This document shows, one piece after another, positions 29,530-42,601 of a stretch of 64,000 bases of DNA. The notes beneath the pieces were generated by a model, which searched no databases, was not told the origin of the DNA, and was given only the letters and a program-made list of their open reading frames with translations. The stretch is from NCBI RefSeq assembly GCF_009914755.1, contig NC_060926.1. One strand, 5' to 3'. Source of the DNA: the human T2T-CHM13v2.0 reference genome, Homo sapiens. The number at the start of each line of letters is the position of its first letter. Position 1 is the stretch's first letter. Made by a program: the position numbers and the translations under genes.

Positions 29530-29790
29530 AATAGAATCAGCTAAGCTAAATAATACTGATGCCCCGTTTTCACTCCACTAGTGACTCTGGGGATGGAACT
29601 AAAGCATCAGTGTTTTATATTTTTTGTAGACATGAGGTCTCTCCTTGTGGCCCAGGTCGTTCCTGAACTCCGTGCCTCAAAGGATCCTCCCACCTGGGCC
29701 TCCCAAAGTGCTGGGATTACAGGCATGAGCAGTATTTTTTTAAAAAATATTCCCAGGTATTTCTAATATGCACTCAGGTTATGTCCCTTT
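29530..29790. mobile_element. MER5-like hAT fragment with a reverse FLAM inside (about 29613-29730)
   Basis: CTCTGGGGATGG...GCATCAGTGTTTT and TCCCAGGTATTTCTAATATGCACTCAGGTT flank an Alu monomer. Confidence 0.55.
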
Positions 29791-30873
29791 GTTCTATTCA
29801 AAGCCAAGCACACAGGTCTGGCTTGTTTAAAACATTCTAAGGGTACTCATGTGAGAAAGTAGCCAAAGAATTAAAAAAAGATCAATTTCCTATCTTCCAG
29901 AATGTTACAAATTTTTTACTGTCACGGATATTATTTTCTGCCTTCTGACTTATTCTTAAAAATGTAATTTGAAGGCTCCTTGAAATTTGACTTAATATTT
30001 AAGAGTAATAATGGGAAAAGGATATGGAAATGTAAGATAGAGTCAGTGTAGAGGGCTACACATTCCAGGTCAGATTTTGAGACCAGACTCTACTGTGAAG
30101 TCACTAAAAGATTCTGATCAGAGTAGTCACACATGTGTGCACACACCCACACCCTACAGATATTTGAAGAAGAGTAAGTTGACATTGATTTGCAAGATTT
30201 ATCAGAGAAAGGTTATAGATAGTGCTACTGCAAACAAACTTGGAATTCTGTGTCATTAGATTTATTAACAGTGATGAAGCTTATATCCCAATATGATTTT
30301 ACACCAAAAACTTTCTAACTTGCCCAGTAGATCAGAGTAAAGTGTGTGCTTCTAGAGTTTTATTATTCTGCCTTCTGGTTCTACAGTGTATCAACCTAGA
30401 TAGCATCTTGACAGCACCCTTTTGCCTGGAGAGCAGCCTCTGACACCTCGCTTCCTTATTTCAGGAGCTGAGAAGCAACTTAATCTCCTGGGGATGAATC
30501 TCAAGGGTAGAAACACTATGAGTAGTTGAAGATTTGACTGGTTATATTGAAGTCTTATTGGAAAACCTATCTACCTACCCTCTCTATTCTAAGTTTAAAA
30601 CATTATTGAAAAAGGAATAATAAATTTAATTCATCAGATATAATACTAAAAATCTATTCTACAAAATTATATTTTTGGTTATGTCATCGAAGACATTCCC
30701 TCCTTTTGGTTAAAGCCTATATGCCCAGGAGGTATTAAACCTTATCAGCTTTTGCTTTAGTTTTGAGATAACATCCTATCTTGTCAAATATGATCAAGTT
30801 GATACCTTCCTTTAAAGTGTTCTATGGTTCCCAGGAGCTTTCAAGAAAAAGAAAGAAAATAAATAAATAAATA

Positions 30874-31175
30874 GGCTGGGTGTGGTGGCTCAGGCCTGTA
30901 ATCCCAGCACTTTGGGAGGCCAAGGCAGGTGGATCATGATAAATCTGAGCCTGGGAGTTCATGACAAATCTGGGCAACATGGTGAAACCCTGTCTCTGCT
31001 AAAAAATGTAAAAATTAGCTAGGTATGGTGACGCATGCCTGTAGTCCCAGCTACTCAGGAGGCTAAGGCAGGGGGATCACTTAAGCCTGGGAGGTTGAGG
31101 CTGCAGTGAGCTGTGATTGTGCCACTGCGCTTCAGCCTAGGTGACAGAGTAAGATCCTGTCTCAATAAATAAATA
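30874..31175 (+). mobile_element. AluJ
   Basis: GGATCACTTAAGCCTGGGAGGTTGAGGCTGCAGTGAGCTGTGAT. Confidence 0.88.
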
Positions 31176-31186
31176 CATAGATAGAC

Positions 31187-31231
<45 letters not shown>

Positions 31232-31284
31232 CATAGATAGATACATAGATAGATACATAGATAGATACATAGATACATAGATAG
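31176..31284. repeat. Compound (TAGA)n/(TACA/CAGA) tetranucleotide STR
   Basis: Directly visible run of TAGA units interrupted by TACA and CAGA units, grown from the Alu tail. Confidence 0.95.
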
Positions 31285-31954
31285 TTTCTTTTGTTAGCAT
31301 GCATATAATTTAAATTACTTCTTCTTGCCTAAAACTCTGCCAACTTCTCACCACCTTCCTACCTTGAATCCCAATGCATGGGCAGCTCCAGTTGTCTACC
31401 TGTGTCTTTGAACATGATGTTGTCTATAGGCCTGGAATCAGTTTTCATGTTTTTTTTTCTTCTAGAATTCTATTTATTCTTCAAACCCCATTACAAAACA
31501 TCCCACTGATAGAAAGCATTTGTAGATTTTGATTTCTCTCCATTTTGCATCTATAATGTCGTTTGCTTTTACTGAACATGGTAATGAATATGCAGTTCTC
31601 TAAGTATTTTGACACTTCACTTTCACCAGTCAACCATAAACTCCCTAAAAAATAATGGTGCCATTTTATTTTTTAATACCTGAACCTAGCAAAATGCCTG
31701 GATAGAATAGTCACCTTTGAAAAAAATGTTTAAATTAATTATTCAAAAGCATTTTATTGTTTAATTAAGTTTAATTATTTAAACTTTTCTCAACAAATGA
31801 GGTCAATTTCTGTAGGAACTGAATATAAGGAAGGATGAGAAGGTAGCAAAGATAGGGCTGGGCGAGAATACCAATATCAGCCTTTACCTATTTTATAATT
31901 TTGCTGGGGGCAAAACTGAGAGACAGCTATAGAATGTGTGCCAGTTTTAGCTAT

Positions 31955-32580
31955 TGTCTGGGCTCAGAAAGTGATACCCTACAGACTAGTACTTTGACAT
32001 GCTCTGAGGCCTTAGAAGCTGCCTCAGAATCAAGGTCACTCTAACGTTTTCTTTCCCCCGTCAATCTCCAAGCACAGGAAGGAACTTTCTTAATTTTCAT
32101 ATCTGACCCAGAAAGTTTATTTCCAAAAGAAATGCAATTGTCTTAAGAACCTCTCCTTAGGGATTTCATCGGTTAATTAGGAAAGATCAACCACCAGAAA
32201 AGAGAAAGGACCCAGATTCATCACCACACCCCTACAGACTTTACATTTATTTTTCGGAGGGCAACATTAAGAGATTACCTTGGAGGCTTTATCTGTATAA
32301 TAAGACAACCTTTTGGTCCTTGTGCTTCTCTTCCCATTGAATGTCTGCCTCTCACCTCCTCCTCCCAGATCCATTCATCCTCCCCATCCCCATGAAAAAG
32401 GGTATTGGTATATAGGCATCTGTTCTGCTCTGGATTATTGAATAGTTATTCTGTGATTCTCTCCTGCTATGTACATTAAAATAAAATTTTGTAATTTTTC
32501 TCCTATTAATCTGCCTTTTTTCAGTTGATTTTCAGTGGACTTTCAGAGGACAAAGGGGAAGTTTTCCCTTGGTCCCTACA
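31955..32580 (+). mobile_element. Solo ERV1 LTR, MER39-like
   Basis: TG...GGCTCAGAAAGTGATACCC start, AGGGGAAGTTTTCCCTTGGTCCCTACA end, TSD CTAT/CTAC. Confidence 0.75.
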
Positions 32581-34694
32581 CTACCTTGAGCCTATAGAGG
32601 AAGAAAGTGATCAGACATGCTATGACTTGCCACAGGGTAAAATTAAATCAGTGAAGTCATTAACATATCCTAAGACAACACAACCTATGACTATATTTTC
32701 TTGTAACAATTAAATTTTGATAGGTCAGGTGCCCATTAAAAATATCATTTTTCCTTTTTCCAATTATTTCTGAATTTTCCAGTGGATGGAGTTTGTATAT
32801 TGGTGTTTATATTTTCTTCAGTCACTTAGAGTGAAGATGATGCTTCCACATGGAGAACTTAGCCTCACAGCAGTTTTTATGAGAGACTTGTAGTTCAACT
32901 GAGTCTTTATGACAACAGCTCTTGGGCTCAGATGATAGGTACTGACTGTGGATAGAAGCCATTATCACCAATTCTGTATAGAATCCAGAAACACTCTAGC
33001 GCTCTTTAAGAAATAAATTCTCATAACTGTCAGTCACAACACTGAGACTCCACTAAGTGGAATTAAGGGCAGTCAAACACTGAGATGGACAGGAAGAATA
33101 GGATCACTTTTCTTAGGTGATAGCTGCTGCTGGGGTGTGATGGGGCCCACGTAATGAATATTGGTGGACACACTAGACATAAGTGTTGTGGGGGGTGGGG
33201 GCGCAGTGAACTATTTCAGCAATTATGGTGGGGTGTTAAAAGCTACAAAAATGTTATTAAAATGAATTGTACAAAATTTCTAATTACTGCATGAATGAGA
33301 ATTGGAATACCAATTATTATGACAAAAAAGATGAATCCTCAGTTGTTCTACCCTGGTTTTCTGTGGCTAATGCCACAAAATATTGGTAGATTTTACTTTA
33401 CACTTTGCTCTTTTAATATTTAAAATGCTTCAGTTAAAGTCAAAAAGTTTTTTTTAATCATGAACAAGTTTACTTCTTACATACTTATTTTATATGTTCA
33501 TTTAACAGAATATACACTGATTATCTTTGGTTCATATTACCATAGGAGGTAATTTTAGTGTCATCTGTAAGTGATATCAATGTACCTGATATGGGACTTC
33601 ATAAAGGCCATGTACAACTTTGAAAGGCTAATAACTTCTATTGTTACAAGAATAGAAACAGTTAATATATAGCATTAAATATACATTACAATGTAGAAGA
33701 CTGTTATTACCAAACATGTATATTCTGGTATTGAATCCTATGATTTGGCCAATTGGTATTGGCAGTGAGCAGGTAAACAGCCTCCTGTGGTAAAGACATG
33801 TACACACTGTCAGAAAATTCTGTAGGGATCTAGGATGTTAGGCTCCTCACTCCCTGGGATGGGCAGTGGTTTTAGAAGGCATCTGTGATGGAGATAATGG
33901 CCTCACCACATAAAGAAATTCTGATAATTATACTACATATATAATCAATTCAAAACGGAAGGCCTCTCCCCATGTCGTTATTTGGTATCTGGAAAACAGA
34001 GTGAAAATTTGGATAAGAAGTTATTTATACTAAGAGTTTAATAGGAGCAAAAATACTCAAAAAGCAAGTTTTTTTTCAAGCAAGAATCAATCCACATCCC
34101 CCAATCGAATTCCTCAGCATCTCTGTCGTTTCTTCTTTCTGTTTCCCAAGCGACCACCTCCTATGACAGCAACCACGTTAATATGTATTATTACCCTTGA
34201 TACAGGGGTACTTCATTTAGTAAGGTGGTACTAAAACCAAGGGATTGGCTTCCTCATTTTTATGTTTTTATTATTTTATTGAATATTTACTTTATATTTT
34301 AAATGCTGAATGGAAATATGACAATAATACATATCAAGAAAGTAGAGATTAATGACTGTATCAGACCTGGGTATAACTACTCCTACTTATTTTCATAGCT
34401 TTGCATATTTATGCATATGCAAGAGTAGCAACTGTTTCCACAATTTCAAATTTTGTATCCTGATACTTTTCATTTAAATATATGTTTACACACACTCACA
34501 CCCATGCCCATACCCACGTGCCTAGACATAACTATTACATACCTATTACACACACCTAACCATATGTATAAATGTAGACAAATGCTTCCACAGTATTAAT
34601 AATAAAGGTAATTTCTTTAGCAGCAAAATCTTAGGTAATAAGATGATATAATACGACCTGGATGATTTAGCGTCTCTTAAAACTAACAAGCATG

Positions 34695-35030
34695 CTACGG
34701 CTTAGGTGAGAGTTCCCAGAAGTAGTGTCTTGGATTGAAATTATTTCCCAGTGATGTATTGGGAATCGTCCTCGCAGAAGAAAGGGTGTAAGGGAAATAG
34801 GATAGGGCAGGGGGAAAAAGGTAAACAAGAATAGGGTTCACAAGAAAACCAAGATGCACAAATTGCACCATAATGTATATTTTGTCCTCCTTTGCCAGGC
34901 AACCATTGGCCAGGGCCTGTGGACACTGGGGCAGTGGTGAAGGTTCGTGGCATTTGTCTGAGAACAGTTCTTGAGAGAAGAGACATTTAGGAGTTATCAA
35001 CCTACATTCAGGGGACCTGGGGTAAGTTCA
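34695..35030 (-). mobile_element. Old ERVL LTR fragment (LTR16/LTR41-like)
   Basis: TTCCCAGAAGTAG...GGATAGGGCAGGGGGAAAAAG resembles the reverse strand of old ERVL LTRs. Confidence 0.35.
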
Positions 35031-36199
35031 TGAGTCTGGCCAGTAATGGGGATCAGAACAGTGTTTTGCTAAACACTTAAACTTCAGGATCTTGTAAAGT
35101 AGTGGTCAGATAGTTGGAATTAATTAAATTGGACAGCTTAAAGTTCCTCACTCACACTCTTTACAGTTCTTATTAGTTTCTTGCCACCATTGAGAACAGT
35201 TCAGTACACCAGCCGGAGAGGGGCTATTTTAATTAAAATAGGCTTGATACTGTGTTATTTTATCATTGTTCCACATGCCAAGAATCCTTTATTTTTTGAT
35301 CAGCATTTTAATGCTTGCTTTCATGGTCAATTTCACTGACAGTGATACAATATGATAATAAATAACCAAGAAAACCAATTCAACCTCCCCCACATTTTTT
35401 TAGGTTGTAGATGGAGGGGCGTAAAAATCAGAAATTTAATTATATCACAAATAAATAAATGCAGGCTGTAAAGGAAAAAATCTAAGTTAATTAACAATTT
35501 TGGCCTTCAAAGAATTCTATCTTTATATTTTTTCAAAATTGAGGTAACAGGTGAAAGAACGGACTGCTCAATTTTCTGACATTCACTTACCAGAAAATAT
35601 TTTGTAAATTTCAATATGCTTGAGGTTAACATATATATGTGTTTACTCTGTCTCGGAGTCTAGGGAAGCACACAGCAATTGGGAAAAACATAAAGCAGTC
35701 AGAGTTTCTCCAAGACTAAGCCCAAAATACTGTACTTATGGACCACAGAGTAAAACATCCCCATAGCTAAAATATAAGGACAAAGAAAATTAAGTAAATC
35801 TTTATTTACATTCCTTGAGGATGGCCAGGACGTGGTGCCTTGTAACTAAAGGTTTCTTCCTGATAATTGCTACAAATTGCATCATTAGATAAATATTTTA
35901 ACTGTGAAGTGCCAAAAAAAAAAAGTAAAGAACAGGAATTTGAATTCTAGTCCCGATTATGGATATAGTTCATTCTTACCTGGCTTGAAAGTCAAAATAC
36001 AATTCAGAATGACTTTAATATTAATAGCTTTCCCATAAAGCAAGTGGTAGTGTAACAGTATTCCTAAATACTGCAGGAAACCTCTCCATCTCTTATCCAA
36101 AACTGGCACTACCTGAAATTGATGAGATGGCTGATCATACAGAATAAAATTCTACATGACTATTTAAGTCTTCATCTGCCCCCCAAATTTCTGTTTTTC

Positions 36200-36445
36200 T
36201 ATAATAATAATTATCATAGCTAATATTTATTGGAATATTATTAAATGCAGGATACTGGACTAACTGTTTTATAGATATTATCCTATTTAATTAAAAACTT
36301 CAGTGGGATAATGCTTGCCTTCTTTTACAGAGAACCCGAGTTCAGAGTGATTAAATGGCCTGAGTATAGCCATTCAGCTGACAAATGCCAAAGTCATAAT
36401 TCAGAACTGAGTCTACAAACCTGAATTTCTATGCTATACAGCTTC
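36200..36445 (-). mobile_element. MIR
   Basis: ATAGCTAATATTTATTG...TTTTACAGAGAACCCGAGTTCAGAGTGATTAAATGGCCTG. Confidence 0.65.
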
Positions 36446-38331
36446 TCTAATGCTGCTTGCTGAAGTAGCTTTTCATCAACTTTAAAATTCCGTCTGTTAG
36501 AGATATTAATTGGGGCATTTCTGACACTGGGGCAGTGAACAGCATTCATTTGGTAAAGTAGAGTTTTCTATTGCAGGTCAAACACAATATATCTTCAGCC
36601 ACTTTAGAAACATACTCATAAGAGTTGCACATCACTACCTAGGACATTCTACTATTGTCCTCAAAAACAATGCTTAGAGCACTTATTAGCATATCCCCAG
36701 GGTCTCTAGATAGCTATAATGAAGATGGACATGTGACTTTATGTATATGGCCTGCTCTTCTATTCACACAGTCACATGTTATCTTTCAAACTATTCTAGA
36801 TACTTCCCCCTTTGGGCTCTAAAATAAGGAAACACAAAGCTGACAAATATTGAGTGATAGGTAGATGTGTAGGGTGGGGACTATATAAGAAAAATCCCTT
36901 TGGGATATTGTCATGGGGGACCATGAAGCCGCAATTGTATCGGGAGTCGGTGCAGAGGGCTTAAGTGTGATCAACCTCAACCAACACTGACCTCCACTGT
37001 ACTCTGGGCATGAATTGTGGGACCCTATGGCTCTCTACCTGGTTACCTTCTTGTCTAAAGAGAGCCACAAGTATTGACTTACTGTATCAACTAGTAACGA
37101 TGCTATCCAGTGAAGCACATCCCGGGTGACTGATACAAATGTTAATCAAAATTTCACAATTCATAGAAAGAAGAACCTACGCAGCTACACATCAGTTTGT
37201 GCTGCCACTCTTTGCATTTCTCTCTGAAGTGTAAGGTTACAAGAATAAATCTCTCTTTCCATGTGTTTGAAGTATTGACTCACTGAGGCATCAAGGGTCT
37301 TGCATTCCTTGCCAGCTGTGCTGCTCTCTCTGCTGTAGTCTTTTGGGTCAAGTGTCACTGTGTCTGGAGTGGCATTTTGTGTGAATGTCAGCACTGAAAG
37401 GAAGCAAGAGTCAGTCTCCTAGAGCACTTATTATAAGTTTCTCTGAGCTTTCATTTGACATTTGCTACCTTATATTGCTGTACGTTGTTTTATTCATTTA
37501 TGCTGTCATTCTGATTCTATCTATACTCCTGCAAAAAAATGATATGGTCTTATTTTAAGACATCAACATGCTTTATTCTGGTACATATTTTTCCCTATTA
37601 TTTATGATACAGACAGACGATGAACTGAATTCTGAGAAGAAAAAGCTTATTGGTCACTTTTTCACACCCTATGCTAAGTATGGTGCTACCAAACAAACAA
37701 ACAAACAAAAAAGAATGCATTTTTAAACTGATAGTGATTACATCTAGCTCTCTACCCCTCTGTAACAATGACTCCTCCCATTAGTCTTAAGGTAGACAAT
37801 TCATTTTCAAAGCGAAAACAATCAAATGGTGCGTCATAACATATAGATAAGTAGGTGTGGATATAATTTTACATTCCCATTGGCTTTGTTATTCCTTTGT
37901 TTGGAGGAGATGGTTAATGTGCCTCTTGAGATGATATTCAATTTTTAATTCTGTAGTTCTTGGAATACACAATGTTATGTTAATTGATGAGAAACCTAGC
38001 AAATTGTGTGTTTATGAATGCCTGCTCAAATAGTGATCTTTTTTGCCCATTTTAAAAAATTTTACCTGAGGCACATTTCAAGCTCTTATCAGAAATAATT
38101 TTGCTGTGGGAGTATGTGTAGTTCGATGTCAAGTTTATGATGGGCCTGCTGCATAGGAGATAAGGAAATAATAATAGTAATAATAATTATAATGCAACAG
38201 ATGCTAAGTGATTTACATGAATTTCTATATTTAAAATACTTCAAATATATGAGGCTGATCATATTTGCTATGTGAACTGGTAAGTTACTATGTCACTGAT
38301 TTCATTTCCTTAACTTTAAGATTCGAAAAAC

Positions 38332-38677
38332 CAGGTCCCCTTATTCACGGTTTCACTTTCTGTGATTTCAGATGCAAGTAGTCAACCGCAGTTCAAAAAC
38401 ATTTAATGGATAATTTCAGAAGTATACAATTCATAAGTTTGAAACTGTGCACCATTTTGAGTAACCTGATGAAATCTCACCTGTCCTACTCCATCCAGCC
38501 AGGAATGAAAATCATCCTTTCCTGTATACATTATCTGCCCATTAGCCACTTAGCAGTCATCTCATTTATCAGATCAAATGTCCAATAGAATGTATATAAG
38601 ATTAGGTACTATCTATAGCTTCAGGCATCCACTGGGGGTCTTGGAATATATCCCCCGTGGATAAGGGGCGACAACTA
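38332..38677 (+). mobile_element. MER44A (non-autonomous Tigger derivative)
   Basis: TIRs GTCCCCTTATTCACGG ... CCGTGGATAAGGGGCGAC and internal TTCAGGCATCCACTGGGGGTCTTGGAA. Confidence 0.85.
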
Positions 38678-38717
38678 TACCACTTCGTAGGGCTGCCGTG
38701 ATGATTAAATGGCATGC

Positions 38718-39022
<305 letters not shown>

Positions 39023-39299
39023 TGATAAGTACCATGTCCAATACACAGATTAAACTCCATAGGTGTCAGCCAGTTCCTACCTTAAAGCAGATAAGTAACC
39101 TGACCAAGTCTATACAGTCACTAGCAAAGATTTTAAGCTGTAATTCAAAGCCAGATATCCATCCCCATGTTTTACCATTGTGCTTCACTTCTGTATAGGG
39201 ACACTGCAAGCCATTTTGAAAAGGAATCTAGAATAACAACTTGTTCCTTTTCATCTGGCATCCTGTGGAACAAAAATGCTACGCTTTCTTTGAAATACT

Positions 39300-39840
39300 G
39301 ACTTTGAATACAAATGCCTTACAGTGATCCACAAGTCCTTAAATAATTTGGCCCCAGTAAGTCCCTGGCTAGCTCCTCCTCTGCCCTAATTCTCCTTCTG
39401 CTCTGCCTCAGTTGTGCTGATGTCTTCTTTGTTTCTCTGACAGGTTGGCCTGCTCCCATCTCAGGCCCTTTGTGTTTTCCTTTCCTTCTGGCTACAGGTA
39501 TCTCCTTTATCCTCTTACTTACTTCAGGCTATTCTCCGAACATCATCTTCTCAGTAAGGCTTTCTTTAATTTCCCTATATATTTTGTAAAAACCTCAGAA
39601 CTATCTCCTGCCAACACTTCAATTCTTCTATCCCAATTTATTTTTTTCTCCTGAGCATGTATCAATATTAAACTATTTATTTATTTTCCTACTTATTTAT
39701 CAATAAAATATAAACTTTGTAAATAGAAAGATTTTTGCCTCTGGTTCATTTATTGCTGAATTCCAATTTCTTATAATAGATCCTGTCATCTGTTATACAG
39801 TATGCAATCACACAATATTGCTGAATATATGAATACATGC
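39300..39840 (+). mobile_element. L2 3' fragment
   Basis: CTCAGGCCCTTTG...CATCTTCTCAGTAAGGCTTTC...ATATTGCTGAATATATGAAT. Confidence 0.6.
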
Positions 39841-39865
39841 AAAGGGTTAATTATTTTCCCAAAAA

Positions 39866-39866
<1 letters not shown>

Positions 39867-39899
<33 letters not shown>
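39867..39899. repeat. (CA)n microsatellite
   Basis: Directly visible. Confidence 0.95.
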
Positions 39900-39900
<1 letters not shown>

Positions 39901-39979
39901 ATGTTATGTGTTTGTCTTTTCCTCTAGACTAGTGCCAAGCTGGTAGCACCAAATGTCATTGGTGAAACAAAGGCTCTCT

Positions 39980-40120
39980 ATCTGCACTGTCCAATACAAT
40001 AGCTATAGAACACATGTGCCTTTTAAGCATTTTAATAGAGCTAGTGCCACTGAAAGACTGAACTTTTTATTTTATTAACTTAAATTTGAATAGCCATATG
40101 TAGCTGGTTACCATGTTTTT
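39980..40120. mobile_element. MER3/MER33-like hAT MITE
   Basis: CACTGTCCAATACAATAGC...AATAGCCATATGTAGCTGGTTACCAT. Confidence 0.65.
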
Positions 40121-40294
40121 TGGTACTTGTAGTTTTCAAATTGTGGGTAGCTGGATGGTTCCACAAACACTGATACATAATTTAAATAGCCATGAAAAAG
40201 TATTTCCAGCTGCTTATTAAAATACAGTGTTAAGTAAAGGCAGATGGGTATTATGCATGGACCATGTTCCTTACATAGGGCCAGGTGGATCCCT

Positions 40295-40670
40295 TTTCTA
40301 TGTTATATCTTTGCTCTTCTCTCTGCCTGGAATTTTGTTTATCCAGAACTTGAATTGTCTCTTTCAACCTTCATCTTCCATCTCAATTGTGCTTTTCTCA
40401 AAGAAACATTTCCTGCCATCACTATCTAATACAGCCCTTCATACCCAGGAACATACTTCTTATTATCCTGCTTTATTTCATTTTTAGCATTTTGCAAAAC
40501 AAAATTTGTTTATTTGCTCTATTTGTTTATACTGGTTCTAACCCAATAAGACAGAAGTCCAAGAGAAAAAGGACTTTGTCCTTCATATGCATTGCTATAA
40601 GCTCAGTACTAAGAATAATGCCTAACATTAGAAGCAGCTCTGCACATACGTGTGAAATACGTAAATGATA
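40295..40670 (+). mobile_element. L2 3' fragment
   Basis: CTCTGCCTGGAAT...GGACTTTGTC...AAGAATAATGCCTAACAT. Confidence 0.55.
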
Positions 40671-41477
40671 TAATTTTTTTATTATCTTAGTACTTGTAGT
40701 TGCGATTTTAGGTGGGATTGGACAGACTGTGGCCTCATTTATAATCTCTTCAAGGTTCTTAAGTATCTTGATGCTACTACATGATAATTATTCTTCTCTG
40801 AAATTTGCTGAAAAATTGTGTGTCTGTGTGTGTGTGTGTGTGCGTGTGTGTAAATAACTATGTAGCGTTGGGCTGTTAGGTAATCTGCTTTCTGTGTTCA
40901 AATTTGCTAGGAATTTCCCATGTTACTAGAGTTTGTGTCAAATCACAGCCCAGGGCTTTAATTTCTCCTTCTGTCAAACATAACGATGACACTGGGTAAT
41001 GTTTAAGAATCATTTAAGTGTAAACTTTCTCACTACAGCTATTATCACAATAGTCCCCAATAAAAATCAGCTCCTGTGGTGAGTGCAAAGTGTAAGGAGC
41101 TAAGGAAGGATCCAGGCAATGTTCAAACTCTCCCAAGAAAAATGAGGCATTTGCCCAAGGGACAAAATTAAAGTGGCCCTCCTTACTCAGTAATTGAGAT
41201 AAATAATATTTTAATGCAAGATTTATTTCATCCCATATTTCTTTTCTTTTTTTTGAGATGGGGGTCTCATGATGTTGCCCAGGTGCATGCCACTGCACCT
41301 GGCAATGCCATATTTTTAAAAGTTGGATAGAATCAGTTGCCATCCTGTACTGAGCCTATTCAAGCCTTAGGGAAAAGAAAAAAATCAGTAAGACTTAGCT
41401 TTATTTAAAAAGTCATGTTATTTTCATTATGGATTTTTTTGCATTAATTTTAACTTTAAAAAAATAGTGCATAAAGT

Positions 41478-41693
41478 TAGAATTTCCACATTTAGCAAGT
41501 AAAAATATAGGACACACAGTTAAATTTGAATACTAGATAAACAGCAAGAAAGTTTTTGGTGTAAGTATGTCCCAAGCAATATTTAAGTTTTAGATAAACT
41601 ATTGTGTGAAGCATTCTTTTAATAAAAAAGTATCTATTTTTTATCTGAAAATCATATTTAACTGCTTATCTTATATTTTATCTGGCAACCCTA
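41478..41693. mobile_element. MER53 palindromic hAT MITE
   Basis: ATTTAGCAAGTAAAAATATAGGACACACAGTTAAATTTGAA...TTTTATCTGGCAACCCTA. Confidence 0.78.
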
Positions 41694-42150
41694 ATAAAAA
41701 TACTATTTGTTTTCATTTAAAATTCTTTGGCACCCTGTTAATTTTGCAAACCCCTAAATTTTCCACCCAAAGAAAGTACTTTTTCCCATTCCTTTCCCAA
41801 GCATAGGATGCTGTCCATAAAACAGTTACTAGTTGAGTAACAAAATAAGAATTTATCAGCAGCAGGGAAACACTAAGACTACCTACCTAGTTGCCAAAAG
41901 GCAAATTCCACTTATTTTACAATCCTGAAATGGCAAAATCAGTCCTTAGTTTCAGCTGATTAAACAAAGATCTATTAAATGTTTTGACCTTGAAAAGAAG
42001 TATTTTTAAAAATACAAGATACAAAGAGGGTGAAAATAATCTTTGCTGTTTTGAGGATTAAACAAAAATGTTTCTTACCTCATTGTCACACCAATCATTA
42101 TCTTGAACAATTCAGATATTAAATGAATCCCTCATAATTTTGAATAAACC

Positions 42151-42601
42151 TGTCCAGCCTCTGAGCCCAAGCTAAGCCATCATATCCCCTGTGACCTGCA
42201 GGTATACATCCAGATGGCCTGAAGTAACTGAAGAATCACAAAAGAAGTGAAAATGGCCTGTTCCTGCCTTAACTGATTACATTCCACCACAAAAGAAGTG
42301 AAAATGGCCAGTCCCTGCCTTAACTGATGACATTACCTTGTGAAATTCCTTCTCCTGGCTCATCCTGGCTCAAAAGCTCCCCCACTGAGCACCTTGTGAC
42401 CCCCACCCTTGCCAGCCAGAGAACAACCCCCTTTGACTGTAATTTTCCTTTACGTACCCAAATCTTATAAAACGGCCCCACCCCTATCTCCCTTTGCTGA
42501 CTGTCTTTTCAGACTCCGTCCACCTACACCCAGGTGATTAAAAAGCTTTATGGCTCACACAAAGCCTGTTTGGTGGTCTCTTCACACAGACGTGAGTGAA
42601 A
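42151..42601 (+). mobile_element. Solo LTR7 (HERV-H LTR), 451 bp
   Basis: TGTC..GCCTCTGAGCCCAAGCTAAGCCATC start, CACAAAAGAAGTGAAAATGGCC repeats, TATAAAA at about 42466, ATTAAA at about 42537, ends GTGAAA. Perfect TSD AAACC. Confidence 0.95.

Noticed and set aside
36930-37080. CpG-containing GC-richer patch, possible processed pseudogene fragment
   Set aside because: No ORF, poly(A) tail, TSD or recognisable homology.
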